A stretch of DNA of 64,000 nucleotides from Salinispira sp. (GTDB taxonomy: Bacteria > Spirochaetota > Spirochaetia > DSM-27196 > Salinispiraceae). The position numbers and the translations under genes were made by a program. The stretch is from the NCBI GenBank assembly GCA_965602015.1, contig OZ271918.1:2528001-2592000 (forward strand), read 5' to 3'. Below, one piece after another: positions 48,945 to 59,734 of the stretch (position 1 is its first letter; every line of letters begins with the position of its first letter). The notes beneath the pieces are model-generated. The model saw only the letters and a program-made list of their open reading frames with translations. It made no database searches and was not told the origin of the DNA.

Positions 48945-49498
48945 AACTCATCCCCGGCTGAGCGAACCATGCGGGAAAACGTGGAGCGCAGCAGTCCCGA
49001 GGAAAAGTTCCGAAGGGCAAATGCGGTAAGCCGGTTCCGGCCGTCATAGACGGTTCGGGACCGGTATTCCACCCGGGAACCCGTCGGCCCCTCGGGGTAG
49101 ACGTGGTAATGCCCGTCATTGGACAGCACCTTCCCGTCCAAAGACTCTTCCAATCCCCAGCGCAATTCCAGACGCTCATCAGTCCTGCCTTCGGTATAAG
49201 AAATCACCATATCGGTGTAGTCCGTCAGGATGGAAAACCCCACCCCGTAACGGTGGCGTACCAGCCAGGAATCGCCGTTGTCTTCCAACACTTCGACCTC
49301 CCTCAGGGTCGGATCTCCGTCCATCACCTCACGCGTACTGCGCCTCAGGGTCCGATACATGGTTTCAGGGCTCACATCAGAGGTAAAAATCAGGGTGAAT
49401 TCACCGGCCACCGAATTTTCCAGGGATTCGACATCGACGCGAACATCGTGCATGGTAAAAGCGGGCAGTACAAAGAGGGCTAAAAGTAGAGACTTCAC
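48941..49498 (-). CDS. Exported SRPBCC/START-like hypothetical protein
   Basis: Signal-like N-terminus from GTG 49498; beta-rich pattern; family call tentative. Confidence 0.5.
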   Translation of the reverse strand: MKSLLLALFVLPAFTMHDVRVDVESLENSVAGEFTLIFTSDVSPETMYRTLRRSTREVMDGDPTLREVEVLEDNGDSWLVRHRYGVGFSILTDYTDMVISYTEGRTDERLELRWGLEESLDGKVLSNDGHYHVYPEGPTGSRVEYRSRTVYDGRNRLTAFALRNFSSGLLRSTFSRMVRSAGDEF

Positions 49499-49551
49499 AA
49501 TGCTATACTCTATGCCATTACGATCAGCGATACAAGCAATAGGGGATATGG

Positions 49552-50787
49552 ATGACAACTGCACAACTGGAGCGCTATGCCGAACTGGTTCTGTTCGGAG
49601 TGGGATCGGTCAAGGGTCAAAACGTGGTAATTCAACTGGAGCTTCCGGGTCTGGAGCTCGCAAGAGCCCTGGCCGAGCTTTGCTACCAGCGCGGAGCCCG
49701 ATTGGTCGAGTACCTTTTTCAGGACAACTATCTAAAAAAGGCCCGCATTCTTCACGGCGGTGAGGATGCCCTCGGCGCCCTGTCGCCATGGACCGCTGAG
49801 ATGATGAAGCGCTTTGCCGACGGCAGCTGGACCCGCATTAATATCCGGGCAAGCGAGGACGATTTTATCAACCGGGAGCTCCCCGCGGACAGGAGCGCGG
49901 TATACGCCAAAGCCCTGGCCGGGGTGAGCGGGAATTTACGGAGAAAATCCCTTACCTTCCGCATACCCTGGATCATCGTTCTGGTGCCCACCCGGGAAAA
50001 GGCCCGGGAAGCATTTCCAAATCTCGACGTGGAGGAGGCATTCCGGCGGTATGAGAACGGAATTATCAATGTGCTCAAACTGGACGATGATCCGCTGGCC
50101 TATTGGCAACGCAGTTTTGCCGAGCTGGACAGGCGCAAACGCCGCTTTAACGAGCTTGGGTTAACCAGCCTGCGCTTCCGGGACGGGGACAGCGATTTGA
50201 GCATGGACCTGATTCCCGGCGGAAGCTGGGCCACCGCCGAACAGCGGCTGCCCGACGGTTCGCCGGTGCGGGTGAATATTCCCAGCTGCGAGATATACAC
50301 GAGCCCCCGGCGCGAGGGGGTGAACGGGAGAATCACGGTAACCAAACCCTTTATTCCCGTGCGAATTCCCGGCGAGGTAATTCGGGGCGCCTGGTTCGAG
50401 TTCCGCGAGGGCAAGGCAGTGGATTTCGGGGCGGAAAGCGGAAGGGAAACCCTGAAGGCCCTGGTGGAAATGGACGATAACGCCGGCTATCTTGGCGAGG
50501 TGGCCCTGGTGGACCGCAGTTCCCCGGTTGCCGCGCAAAACTTTCTGTTTCACAGCATCCTCTACGATGAAAACGCCGCAAGTCACATAGCCATTGGGGG
50601 AGGTTTTCCCAGTCTTGTAGAGGGAATGTCCGAGGCCTCGGAAAGCGAGCTGATAGCCGCCGGAATAAACCAGAGCATCCAGCATCAGGATATGATGATC
50701 GGCAGCACAACCATGGAAGTGACCGGAGTTGACCGCTTTGGGAAGGAAATTCTGCTTATGAAAGACGGGAGCTTTGTGGAGGCATAA
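49552..50787 (-). CDS. M29 aminopeptidase (AmpS/PepS type)
   Basis: NIP..EIYT.P, GEVALV, LYDENAA.HIA.G, N.S..H.D. Confidence 0.92.
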
Positions 50788-51997
50788 TTTCGCCCTCAAG
50801 GAGCCTGGGCCCCAGGGCACGAATGCCGATGAGTCCCAGGGGAGCGGTTACCACAATGGCCAACACCGCCAGGGCAAGCATCTGTTCTCCTCCGGGCACC
50901 CCGGCGGCAAGGGGCACGGCCCCTAAGGCGGCCTGTACCGTCGCCTTCGGCACATAAGAAACCACCACAAATGCCCGTTCGCGGAGGCTCAACGGACTCT
51001 TGTATAATGCCAACAATACTCCCGCAGAGCGCATGGCCAAACCGGCGGCCAGAATTGCCAGCCCATTAAATCCCGCATCAAGGGCCGTGGGAATATCCAC
51101 CGCCATGCCGATGAGGACGAACAGGATAATTTCCGCGAACACCCAGGCCTTGCCGAGCTTTGCCGCCAGTTCCCGGGCGGCCGGAGGATGACGGTACAGG
51201 AGGACGAAGCCCACAGTCATTACCCCCAGGAGCGCCGCCGTATGGGCCGCCTGTCCGACGGAAAAGAGGGCGAATGACAGGCCCAGCAGCAGCAGGGTTT
51301 TCTCCGTCGCCCTGATGCGCTGATGGTAACGCCTGAACAGCCAGACCAGAAGCGAACCCAGCAGAATCCCCGGCAGTATTCCCATTCCGACGGATAACAA
51401 AAGCCTTCCCGCACCGGCAAGCACATGGACTGCCGTAAATCCCGAACCATTGCCAAGGCCATAGCTGTTAAGCGCCATGGTGAACAGGGTTATGGCAAAC
51501 ACATCGTCCAGGCTAGCGCCTGCGAGAACCAGGGTCGGCACGTCATTTTTCTCTCCCCTGCGCAGCTCTTTTAGCTCGAGCATTGAGGGAACCACAACCG
51601 CCGGGCTCACCGCCGCCAATAAAAAGCCCAGCATCATAGCCTGGCCAGGCTCCCAGGAAAAGAGATTCATGGCGAGGAGGGTTACCGCCGCGGCCTCCAG
51701 GGTCATGGGAAGAAAGGACAGCAATAGCGCGCTTCGGCCCACCTTTCTCAGGGTCCTAAAGTGGATGCCCAAGCCCGCCCGAAGCAGAATAATGACCAGC
51801 GCCAGTGATGTGAGCGATGGCGCGAGCTGCCCCACCAGGGGCGACATTTCTCCGCGCGGCAGCCAGGCTTCAAGGGCTGTAAGGGCAATGCCGAAGATCG
51901 TCATACCCAAAACCGCAGGCAGGCCGATGCGGCCGGACAGTTTGCCCAGACCGTAGCCTCCCAAGAGAATGAGTATCAGGCTTAATTCAAGACTCAT
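50756..51997 (-). CDS. Cation:proton antiporter (CPA family)
   Basis: ILLRAGL, AVSPAVVVP, LDD, PKATVQAA. Confidence 0.9.
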   Translation of the reverse strand: MSLELSLILILLGGYGLGKLSGRIGLPAVLGMTIFGIALTALEAWLPRGEMSPLVGQLAPSLTSLALVIILLRAGLGIHFRTLRKVGRSALLLSFLPMTLEAAAVTLLAMNLFSWEPGQAMMLGFLLAAVSPAVVVPSMLELKELRRGEKNDVPTLVLAGASLDDVFAITLFTMALNSYGLGNGSGFTAVHVLAGAGRLLLSVGMGILPGILLGSLLVWLFRRYHQRIRATEKTLLLLGLSFALFSVGQAAHTAALLGVMTVGFVLLYRHPPAARELAAKLGKAWVFAEIILFVLIGMAVDIPTALDAGFNGLAILAAGLAMRSAGVLLALYKSPLSLRERAFVVVSYVPKATVQAALGAVPLAAGVPGGEQMLALAVLAIVVTAPLGLIGIRALGPRLLEGEIMPPQSSRLS

Positions 51998-52838
51998 GAG
52001 TCCCTTTGCTCTGTGCTGCCGAAGAAAACACCGGTTCGAATCCGCTATACAGCCTTGACGAGAAATAATCGACGACGAGGCTGGAAAATATCAGGATTTC
52101 CCCAAAAATGCGCAGATACATCATGAGCATGATGGGCGTGGCCATGGCGCCGAATATCGATATTCGCCTGGTCATCGATTGAATTATTGCTACACCGAGT
52201 GTGCTCACGCCCTCGAGAATTGCCCCGGAAATGAGGGCGACGAATACCGTGGGCCAGAAGTCGATGGTGCGGTTTGAGTATATGAAATAGAGGACGGTGA
52301 GAATCAGGGCTACTACGACGGCATCAAGGAGGGTGTCCGCCCAGAACATCATTCTCGTTGAAAAGGGAATAATGGCGGTGAAAATATCCAGCCGGTTTCC
52401 CAGAATCATCGATGCGTAGAACAGCAAGAGGCTGGCGGCAAGCAGGGTGAGAGATATGAGGTTATGCCGGGAAACCGTACTGCGCTTTCTCGAGAGGATG
52501 GTCCGCAAAACCCGCCCGAGCGCATTAAACAGGTTGAGGGAAAACAACAGGAAAAACACCAGGGTAAGTACGCTCAGGGAGCGCCAATTGCGGGAGAAAT
52601 CAACCACCCGGCTCAGGTAATTCGCGAGAATATCGCCGGGGATGAACTCGGAAAGGGCCTCCACCAGCCCGCTGTAGAGCTCCGGAGTGATATTCACCAG
52701 GTATGCTCCGGCGCTGAGGGCAATAAAAACCAGGGGCAAGAGGCCGAGAATGAGGGAAAAGCCAAGCCCTTTGGCCAGTAGTGGACCGTTAATTTTGTCG
52801 TAGCGCTTGAGCACATGGCGCAGAATATCCTGGAGCAT
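51987..52838 (-). CDS. YihY/BrkB-like membrane protein
   Basis: Six TMs with YihY-like spacing (LA..L.F..IL..P; IFG). Confidence 0.7.
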   Translation of the reverse strand: MLQDILRHVLKRYDKINGPLLAKGLGFSLILGLLPLVFIALSAGAYLVNITPELYSGLVEALSEFIPGDILANYLSRVVDFSRNWRSLSVLTLVFFLLFSLNLFNALGRVLRTILSRKRSTVSRHNLISLTLLAASLLLFYASMILGNRLDIFTAIIPFSTRMMFWADTLLDAVVVALILTVLYFIYSNRTIDFWPTVFVALISGAILEGVSTLGVAIIQSMTRRISIFGAMATPIMLMMYLRIFGEILIFSSLVVDYFSSRLYSGFEPVFSSAAQSKGTHES

Positions 52839-53000
52839 ATATTCAATTGTAATGCTCCGATATACGGTGGTAAAGTGCCGGCACTTCCTTCTTGTGAAAG
52901 CCCGTCTCTTGCCCTATTCTGATAGCTGCATACAAGGCCCCGCATCGCGTCAGCCCGCCGGTTCGCCGGGGGGAGAAGGCCGGCACATCGAGGAACAAAC

Positions 53001-53954
53001 ATGGATACAAAAAGTCAGATCAATAACCTCTATCAGCGGATCAGCGGCTCCCTGCTGTCGGTTTTCGTGGGAAGCGAGGCCGTTGTCCGGCCTGTGGTGC
53101 TGGGCTTGCTGTCGGGAATGCACGTGCTGCTTGAAGACATTCCCGGCGTAGGGAAAACCACCCTTGCGCTGGCGCTGGCAAAAAGCTGCGAATTGGACTT
53201 CGGCAGGATTCAGTTCACCCCTGATCTGCTGCCCGGGGATATTGTCGGCATGACTGTGTGGAACAGCGAACTTCGGGAATTCCAATTCAAACCGGGGGCC
53301 GTGAACCATCAGTTCATTCTTGGCGATGAGATAAACCGGGCCAGCGAACGCACCCAATCGGCCCTGCTCGAGGCGATGGCCGAAGGATCGGTCAGCGCCG
53401 ACGGCAACAGCTACCGCCTTCCCCAGCCGTTTTTTGTCATCGCGACCCAGAATCCCATTAGCTTTGCGGGAACCTTTATGCTTCCCGAAAGCCAAACCGA
53501 CCGCTTCGGCATATGCACCGGACTGGGCTACCCGAATCCGGAGAATGAACGGGAAATTCTCAGCAGGTTTCAGAACGAGACCCCTATGGAGACGATAAAA
53601 GCCGTCTGCGGCGCCGACGATATCCGCGCGGCCCGAGCAATCTGCGCCGGGGTGGAAGTAGCGGATGCGGTCAAGGATTACATCGTCGAAATCAGTTCGG
53701 CAACCCGGCGGGACAAACGCTTCCGCCTGGGCATCTCGCCCAGGGGCAGCAGACATCTTATGATGGCCGGTCAGGCTGCGGCCGCAGTGAGCGGGAGGGA
53801 TTTTGTCATACCTGAGGATATTCTCGAGGTCAGCGCGTACGTGCTCCCCCACCGAATCCGGCTCTCCGCCGACGCCCGCAATGAGAATCTTACTGAATCC
53901 ACGGTCATTCAGGAAATAGTCCGTTCGGTGCGCGTTCCCACCGGAATTCGATGA
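53001..53954 (+). CDS. MoxR-family AAA+ ATPase
   Basis: HVLLED.PGVGKT, RIQFTPDLLP.D, DEINRA, ATQNP, SPRG. Confidence 0.95.
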   Translation: MDTKSQINNLYQRISGSLLSVFVGSEAVVRPVVLGLLSGMHVLLEDIPGVGKTTLALALAKSCELDFGRIQFTPDLLPGDIVGMTVWNSELREFQFKPGAVNHQFILGDEINRASERTQSALLEAMAEGSVSADGNSYRLPQPFFVIATQNPISFAGTFMLPESQTDRFGICTGLGYPNPENEREILSRFQNETPMETIKAVCGADDIRAARAICAGVEVADAVKDYIVEISSATRRDKRFRLGISPRGSRHLMMAGQAAAAVSGRDFVIPEDILEVSAYVLPHRIRLSADARNENLTESTVIQEIVRSVRVPTGIR

Positions 53955-55144
53955 AAGTAAATCTCTCGGCGACCCTCATCTATCTTTTATTGCTCTACCT
54001 GATGAATCTGGCCCGGAACTCCGTCGGCGGATTTTTTATATATGTGTATTTTGCCCTGTGGACCATACCCCTGGCGGCGCTTATCCATCTGACAATTACC
54101 ATGTTCAGCCTGCGGTATATTCAGGACTTCAGCAGTTTCCACAGCGTGCGGGGAGATGAGGTGGACTATCGCCTTCGGGTGATTCAGGAAATTCCCCTGT
54201 TTTCAGCTGATATCAGCATCAGGTTTAAACACATCAACCCCCATATGAGGCAGATTACCGAAGACCGGAACATCACCCTGAAACCCGGACAGCGTCTGAA
54301 TCTGGAGTATTCCATACCCTGCCCCTACATCGGCATTTACACCATAGGCCTCGAAGGGCTATCGGTGAGCGACGTCTTCGGATGGATTACCCTGCCGCTT
54401 TCAGTGTATTTCTTTAACATGTACGTGTACCCCCGGGTTTTGGACAGCGCGGATTTTACTCCCCTGGCGTTGAATCACTGCCGGAAGGCGGGCAATCGGC
54501 TTGGAACCTCGGTGGATTACAGCTACTTCGAACGGCTGGAAGAGTACCGCGAGGGCCAGGACGTGCGCCTCATGGCATGGAAACGATTTGCCGCTCAAGG
54601 CGTTCCGATGGTCAGGGTCTACAACCGGGTCTCGACCCGGGGGGTTCGGCTATATCTGGATACAAGGCGGGACGGGGACGGCGGCGCCGGATTGATAGAG
54701 CGGGAGGATTTTTCACTTGAGCTTTTGGTGAGCCTGGCGTCGCTTATGCTCGAAGAATCCGTACCGGTGACGGTTCGGGCCTGGGGCATACCGGCGCTGC
54801 AGCTTGAACGGCGGGAACAGCTTCAGGACCTGATCAGGTCGAGCCTGGAAATCAGATTCTCTCCCGATGCCGATCTGTTCCGCATGTTCGGCGAGGACGC
54901 CGGGGTGTACAGCGAGGGCAGTTCGCTCATTATCACCCACGACCTGAGCCCCGAGCTCATCCGGATTCTCAGCCGCCCGAGGGAGGGGGGGTATACCACC
55001 GAAGCGGTTATAAATGAAACCGGCGCGGGGCAGGAAACACGGGAACTTCATCGCCGGCGGATAAATGTGCTGGGAAGCGCCGGCGGTCTGCTGCGTTTCA
55101 CCGACGCCGCAAAAATACAAGGGAAGCATTTGGTATGGCAATAA
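53951..55144 (+). CDS. DUF58 protein
   Basis: D.FG, VYP, EY..G.D.R...WK motifs; coupled to MoxR. Confidence 0.85.
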   Translation: MKVNLSATLIYLLLLYLMNLARNSVGGFFIYVYFALWTIPLAALIHLTITMFSLRYIQDFSSFHSVRGDEVDYRLRVIQEIPLFSADISIRFKHINPHMRQITEDRNITLKPGQRLNLEYSIPCPYIGIYTIGLEGLSVSDVFGWITLPLSVYFFNMYVYPRVLDSADFTPLALNHCRKAGNRLGTSVDYSYFERLEEYREGQDVRLMAWKRFAAQGVPMVRVYNRVSTRGVRLYLDTRRDGDGGAGLIEREDFSLELLVSLASLMLEESVPVTVRAWGIPALQLERREQLQDLIRSSLEIRFSPDADLFRMFGEDAGVYSEGSSLIITHDLSPELIRILSRPREGGYTTEAVINETGAGQETRELHRRRINVLGSAGGLLRFTDAAKIQGKHLVWQ

Positions 55145-57261
55145 GCGCCGCGGCTCCGCTTTTCCCCGAAATCCCGCGGCTCCCGCGCTGGGGTTACATC
55201 ATTATTTCCCAAGTAATTTCAGTGGCGCCGCCGGTGTTTTTTTACATTATGTACCGGGCGCAGGGACCGCTGTTGCCGGTGGCGGCAATTGCGTCGGCAC
55301 TCCCTCTGCTTGAGAGCCTGAGGCACCTCGCCGACGGCGGGTCCCGGGAAGCCCAGAGGCGGCCGGCATCGCGTATTTTCGCCTTGATACAAGGCGGCGT
55401 TCTTGCCGGTCTGGTCTTGCTTATAATAGCGCTGGTGAGCATCACATCTGCCGGAAGCTATGCTGCCTGGTTCTTTTACATCGCAAACCGGACCGGCAGC
55501 TCGACGATCTCGTATTATTTCGTGCTCAAGTTCCTCCTGTTCTCCGGCCTCGCGGGAATAGCCGTGGTGCGGGGGAATATCAGCGGTGCGCTCAGCGCCT
55601 TGGCGTTTGTCTATCTCACGGTTTTTTCAGTTATGTACTCCCTGCCCTGGCTGGGAGTCCTGGCCCTTTTGGCGCTGATCTATACGGTGGTTCAGGGGAA
55701 CCAGCGCAGACGCGGGGGATGGAGTTCATCTTCGGTTTCCGCGGGCCTAATGGTGACCGCTGCGGGATTTATCCTCGCCCTGCTGCTCATGGCCATGGGC
55801 CTTGGCCAGGCGGCTTCGATGCGCTTCAGACTGGTTCCGGTACAAATTTCCCAGGCCTTTTTTAGGATACTTCCTGATTTCCCCCTGGCAGTGGACATCC
55901 CCGGTTTCGGCGGATTCAACGGAACCCGGGCAATACACGGAAGGCCGACGCTGTCGGGCGCAACAGTATTTACCATTGAATCCAGGGATCCGGGCCCCCA
56001 CTATATCAAAACCCAGACCTTTGATCTCTATGAAAACTCCTCCTGGTCTTCGACCCGATGGCTCCGAGCCCGATCGGAGAGCGACCCGCCGATCAGCTTC
56101 GACACCCATGGATTTATCGCCTCCCGGCGTCCTCCCGGAGAACGGGAAATAAAAATCCGTTTCCAGACGGATTTCTACTCCTCCGTTCCCTACACCCTGC
56201 AGACCGCAGCCATTTCCACCAGCGAAGACCTGGGCCCGTCGGTCTATACCGGCCGGGACGGCGGGTACATCCTTGAGACTCCCTTCCCCGGATCGGTGGA
56301 TTTTATTCTGCGGGAAGATCCGGGACAGGCTGCCGGAGTGGACGGGATCAGCGAAGCCGCCAGGGATAACTACAGCGCTGTGTACCCGAATATCCGGGAG
56401 TCTGTGTACACTCTTGCTCGAGAGCTTCAGGGAGAAAATCCCGAAGCGAGTATCACCAACATTCAGCAGTACTTCAGTAATAACTACCGCTACCGACTGC
56501 AATACCCCTCCCTGCCCTCCGGAGTGGACACCGTTAGTCATTTCCTCGAAGAGGGCGAAGCGGGGTATTGCGTACAGTTCGCCTCGTCAATGGCGATTAT
56601 GCTCCGGATTCTCGGAATTCCAAGCAGATATGTCACCGGCTATTATGCGCGGATCCGAGCCGGTGAGCAGCGAAGCGAAGTGACGGGTCTGCAGGCCCAT
56701 GCATGGGTGGAAGCTTGGCTGGAAGACCGCGGCTGGATTACCGTGGAGGCAACGCCGCCCATGCTGTCCCTGGCGGGCGGCACCCTTGAATTCTATGGAG
56801 ACGCTAACGCGTACGGTGATTCTCTCACCGAGCGCCAACTGCTGTCGATTCTGGGCGTTGGCGGTGAGTCCTCCGGGCACACATCCGGGATCCAGCCTGT
56901 CGATACCAGGCGCAACGATATACAGTGGCTGGGGGTTGCAGCCATTGCCGGGGCATCCTTTGCTGTCATTGTAATACTGGGAATACTGGTTCTTATTATC
57001 CTTCCGGCGGACCTGCGCATACGGTTTTATCTCGCTATCCTGATCAGGATTTCAATCTGGAAAAAACTCATGCCGGTGGTCAGCGAGGGCTGGGCGGCAT
57101 TTCTCGACGCCCTTGACCAAATGGGCGTATACCCGCGGTACCCGGATTTCCGATCGGATCTGTTCCGTTTTCTCTATTCGTCTCAGGGGAAAACAAGCAC
57201 AGCGAACCGCCTTTTCGAGCGGGAAGTCCGCCGCATCACACGGTTAGTACTGCTCGGCTGA
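55135..57261 (+). CDS. Membrane transglutaminase-like protein
   Basis: GYCVQFA, GIP.R.V.GY, HAWVE triad motifs; multiple TMs. Confidence 0.9.
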   Translation: MAISAAAPLFPEIPRLPRWGYIIISQVISVAPPVFFYIMYRAQGPLLPVAAIASALPLLESLRHLADGGSREAQRRPASRIFALIQGGVLAGLVLLIIALVSITSAGSYAAWFFYIANRTGSSTISYYFVLKFLLFSGLAGIAVVRGNISGALSALAFVYLTVFSVMYSLPWLGVLALLALIYTVVQGNQRRRGGWSSSSVSAGLMVTAAGFILALLLMAMGLGQAASMRFRLVPVQISQAFFRILPDFPLAVDIPGFGGFNGTRAIHGRPTLSGATVFTIESRDPGPHYIKTQTFDLYENSSWSSTRWLRARSESDPPISFDTHGFIASRRPPGEREIKIRFQTDFYSSVPYTLQTAAISTSEDLGPSVYTGRDGGYILETPFPGSVDFILREDPGQAAGVDGISEAARDNYSAVYPNIRESVYTLARELQGENPEASITNIQQYFSNNYRYRLQYPSLPSGVDTVSHFLEEGEAGYCVQFASSMAIMLRILGIPSRYVTGYYARIRAGEQRSEVTGLQAHAWVEAWLEDRGWITVEATPPMLSLAGGTLEFYGDANAYGDSLTERQLLSILGVGGESSGHTSGIQPVDTRRNDIQWLGVAAIAGASFAVIVILGILVLIILPADLRIRFYLAILIRISIWKKLMPVVSEGWAAFLDALDQMGVYPRYPDFRSDLFRFLYSSQGKTSTANRLFEREVRRITRLVLLG

Positions 57262-58890
57262 TTCCTCTTCTGCGTAAATAACGGCGTTTCGGAAATCCGT
57301 TCCTCCAAGGCGGCTTCGTTGCCAGCCCTGTACCCGTGGATCTATCAGCAGCACATCGCTGAAGTGGTAAATCGGAATGATCGGAAGATCGGACATGAGA
57401 ATCTGATTAGCTTCATACAACGCTTCAAAGTATCCCGAAGGGTTTGACGCAGCCCTTGCCCGTCGGATCGCCTCATCAAACAGTGCATTTCGATAATTCA
57501 GATCGTTAAAGGCGTTATTTCTTTCAAAAAGCGAAAGCATGGCTCCAGGATCCAGGACGGGGCTGAGCCAGCCGCCCCGGGCGAGCACATAGTTGCCGAA
57601 TTTCCTGCTTTCTTCAAAAGCCGCCCATTCAAGACCGCGCAGGTCGACTTCGATTCCCAAATTACCTTGCCACATATCCCGTACCAGTTCCGCCGCCTGA
57701 CGGTGATGATCGCTGTTATTGTACATCAGCTCGATAGCAGGGAGTCCGTCGCCGCCCGGATACCCCGCCTCAGCCAGGAGAATCCGGGCTTCCTCGAATC
57801 CCGAATCGTCAACGGCCATGCCCTGGTGGCCGGCCACATCATGAAAGTCCCGTCCGAGATGATCGGGAAACCCCGGAGGCACAACGGCACCAGCGGGAAA
57901 CTGATGGCCGGACAGAGATTCGGTGAGGACCTTGCGGTTTATGGAGAGATTAAGAGCCCGGCGCACCAGAGGGTTACGCCAGACATCCTCAAGCATATTA
58001 AAACTCAAGTAATAGGTTCCGAGGCGGGGGAAAGAGTGCAAACCCGGCAGTTCGGTATACCCTTCGTTGCCTATGGTTTCGCCCAGCGCCTGACTTACAT
58101 GATATTCGCCTGCCGGGACGGTCTCATTGATGGAAGATGACTCATTGGTAAAGCTGATAGTGATTCCCTCGAGCAGGACTCCATCGGCATCCCAAAAATG
58201 AGGGTTTCTCTCGAGGGTCATTCCCCGGCCCGGCATGTACGTTCTCAAAGCAAAGGGGCCGTTGCTCACTGCCGACTCCGGATCCACGGCCCATTGGCCA
58301 TGGGGGCCGGCCTCCACGGCCTCACGTTTCACCGGCATAAAGGGAAACAGGGAGGTCATCGATACGAAGCGCCAGGACGGAGCCCCAAGCCTTACCGATA
58401 GCGTTCGATTATCCAATGCAGAAACGCCTAGAGAGTCCGGAGGCAATATGCCTTTCACAACGGAGGAAGCATGTTCAACGCCGCTGTATTCCCAAATCCA
58501 GCTGTATTGCGAGCCTAGTTCAGGATCCGCCGAACGCTTCCAGGCATATTCGAAGTCATGGGCGGTCAGCGCCGTGCCGTCGGACCAGTAGGATTCCCGG
58601 AGAAAAAACGTCAGTACACGTCCGTGGTCAGAAAGCTCCCAACGCTCGGCGATTCCAGGCAACACCCTTCCGCCGCGCTCCCGGACCAATCCTTCGAAGG
58701 TATTAAGTATAATGTCCCGGCCTTCGGCGGAACTGTTGAGTCCAGGATCCAAATGCGACGGTTCGTTCCCCAGGTTCCACGAGAGCAGCGACAATGATTC
58801 CTGGGGGACAGAAGCAGGGCCGCAGCCGCTAAAAAAAATGGACAGCAACAATACCGCGAGGCAAGAACGCCAAAGCGACAAGGTATTCAT
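57244..58890 (-). CDS. oppA: Oligopeptide ABC substrate-binding lipoprotein, orphan
   Basis: Lipobox FSGC; LDP, FEGL, WSDG..LTA.DF, SNGPF, VR.AL. Confidence 0.88.
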   Translation of the reverse strand: MNTLSLWRSCLAVLLLSIFFSGCGPASVPQESLSLLSWNLGNEPSHLDPGLNSSAEGRDIILNTFEGLVRERGGRVLPGIAERWELSDHGRVLTFFLRESYWSDGTALTAHDFEYAWKRSADPELGSQYSWIWEYSGVEHASSVVKGILPPDSLGVSALDNRTLSVRLGAPSWRFVSMTSLFPFMPVKREAVEAGPHGQWAVDPESAVSNGPFALRTYMPGRGMTLERNPHFWDADGVLLEGITISFTNESSSINETVPAGEYHVSQALGETIGNEGYTELPGLHSFPRLGTYYLSFNMLEDVWRNPLVRRALNLSINRKVLTESLSGHQFPAGAVVPPGFPDHLGRDFHDVAGHQGMAVDDSGFEEARILLAEAGYPGGDGLPAIELMYNNSDHHRQAAELVRDMWQGNLGIEVDLRGLEWAAFEESRKFGNYVLARGGWLSPVLDPGAMLSLFERNNAFNDLNYRNALFDEAIRRARAASNPSGYFEALYEANQILMSDLPIIPIYHFSDVLLIDPRVQGWQRSRLGGTDFRNAVIYAEEESAEQY

Positions 58891-58913
58891 AGCAGATTTC
58901 CCCGAACACACAG

Positions 58914-59504
58914 CTAAAAGCCTATGACAAACCGGCGCAGATTATGCAGGAATAGAAAAAGGCCCGGCGGCAGGGAGCGGTCTCCTATTTTGAACTCCAG
59001 GTGCAGGTGAGGTCCCGTCGCCCGCCCGGTCGCCCCTACATCTCCAAGGCTGGAGATTCCCGGGAAAACCAGGGCTCCCGCCCGGCTGTCGATGACCGAC
59101 AGGTGGGCATAGACAGTTCGCAGGCCAAAAAGATGGCGAACTACCACCACGTTGCCGAAACTGTCGGACCAGCCTGTACTTTCCACAATGCCCGGCGCGG
59201 AAGGACGAATAGGCGTGCCCACCGGTGCGGCAAAATCAACGCCCCAATGGAACTCAATATCAGTAACCAGGTTTGTTTCGGGACGCATTCTGAAAAAATA
59301 CCCGGAAGTCCGGCTACCGTTTATGGGACGGTAAAAGGGCGGCAGGGCTATGGCGACAAAGACCAGTACGGCGATGATCTTGACGACCCGGATAAGCATC
59401 CGCCGCCGGCGCTGCCCCCTCTCATCAAGCCCGTCTATCGCGTTCTTTAGGGCCTTTTCTGTAGCCTCGATCTGTTTCTCAATATCTTTAAGACTTCGCT
59501 CCAT
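58914..59504 (-). CDS. M23-family metallopeptidase
   Basis: HWGVD, YAHL, TG.ATGPHLHLE. Confidence 0.9.
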   Translation of the reverse strand: MERSLKDIEKQIEATEKALKNAIDGLDERGQRRRRMLIRVVKIIAVLVFVAIALPPFYRPINGSRTSGYFFRMRPETNLVTDIEFHWGVDFAAPVGTPIRPSAPGIVESTGWSDSFGNVVVVRHLFGLRTVYAHLSVIDSRAGALVFPGISSLGDVGATGRATGPHLHLEFKIGDRSLPPGLFLFLHNLRRFVIGF

Positions 59505-59555
59505 TCCGACCATCCTACCCCAACGCAGAGAGAATTGCAGCCCCAAAAACCATAC

Positions 59556-59585
59556 TTGACAGCCGGCTCCCAAAGCCTGTACATT
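59556..59585 (+). promoter_or_regulatory. Sigma70-like promoter of the tRNA
   Basis: TTGACA-18-TACATT. Confidence 0.65.
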
Positions 59586-59608
59586 CCCAGACAGCCCCAA
59601 AACAACCC

Positions 59609-59682
59609 GGGCCCATAGCTCAGTTGGTTAGAGCAGTGGACTCATAATCCATTGGTCGTAGGTTCAAGTCCTACTGGGCCCA
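59609..59682 (+). tRNA. tRNA with CAT anticodon, most likely tRNA-Ile2 (lysidine); CCA not encoded
   Basis: GGGCCCA/TGGGCCC acceptor stem, anticodon arm GTGGA-CTCATAA-TCCAT, GTTCAAGTC T-loop; resembles Ile2 rather than fMet. Confidence 0.93.
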
Positions 59683-59683
59683 T

Positions 59684-59729
59684 AAAAAAGTCGATGATTC
59701 GCCGCAAGGCGGATTATCGACTTTTTTTT
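59684..59729. terminator. Terminator after tRNA
   Basis: AAAAAAGTCGATGATTCGCC-GCAA-GGCGGATTATCGACTTTTTTT. Confidence 0.85.
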
Positions 59730-59734
59730 GGTCG

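Noticed and set aside
53001..57261. MoxR-DUF58-transglutaminase operon as a novel system
   Set aside because: Well-known, widespread gene trio
59589..59608. CCCCAAAACA similar to the IS TIR upstream of the tRNA
   Set aside because: Only ~10 bp match; could be chance
59609..59682. Initiator tRNA-fMet
   Set aside because: Paired G1:C72 and no triple G:C pairs in the anticodon stem
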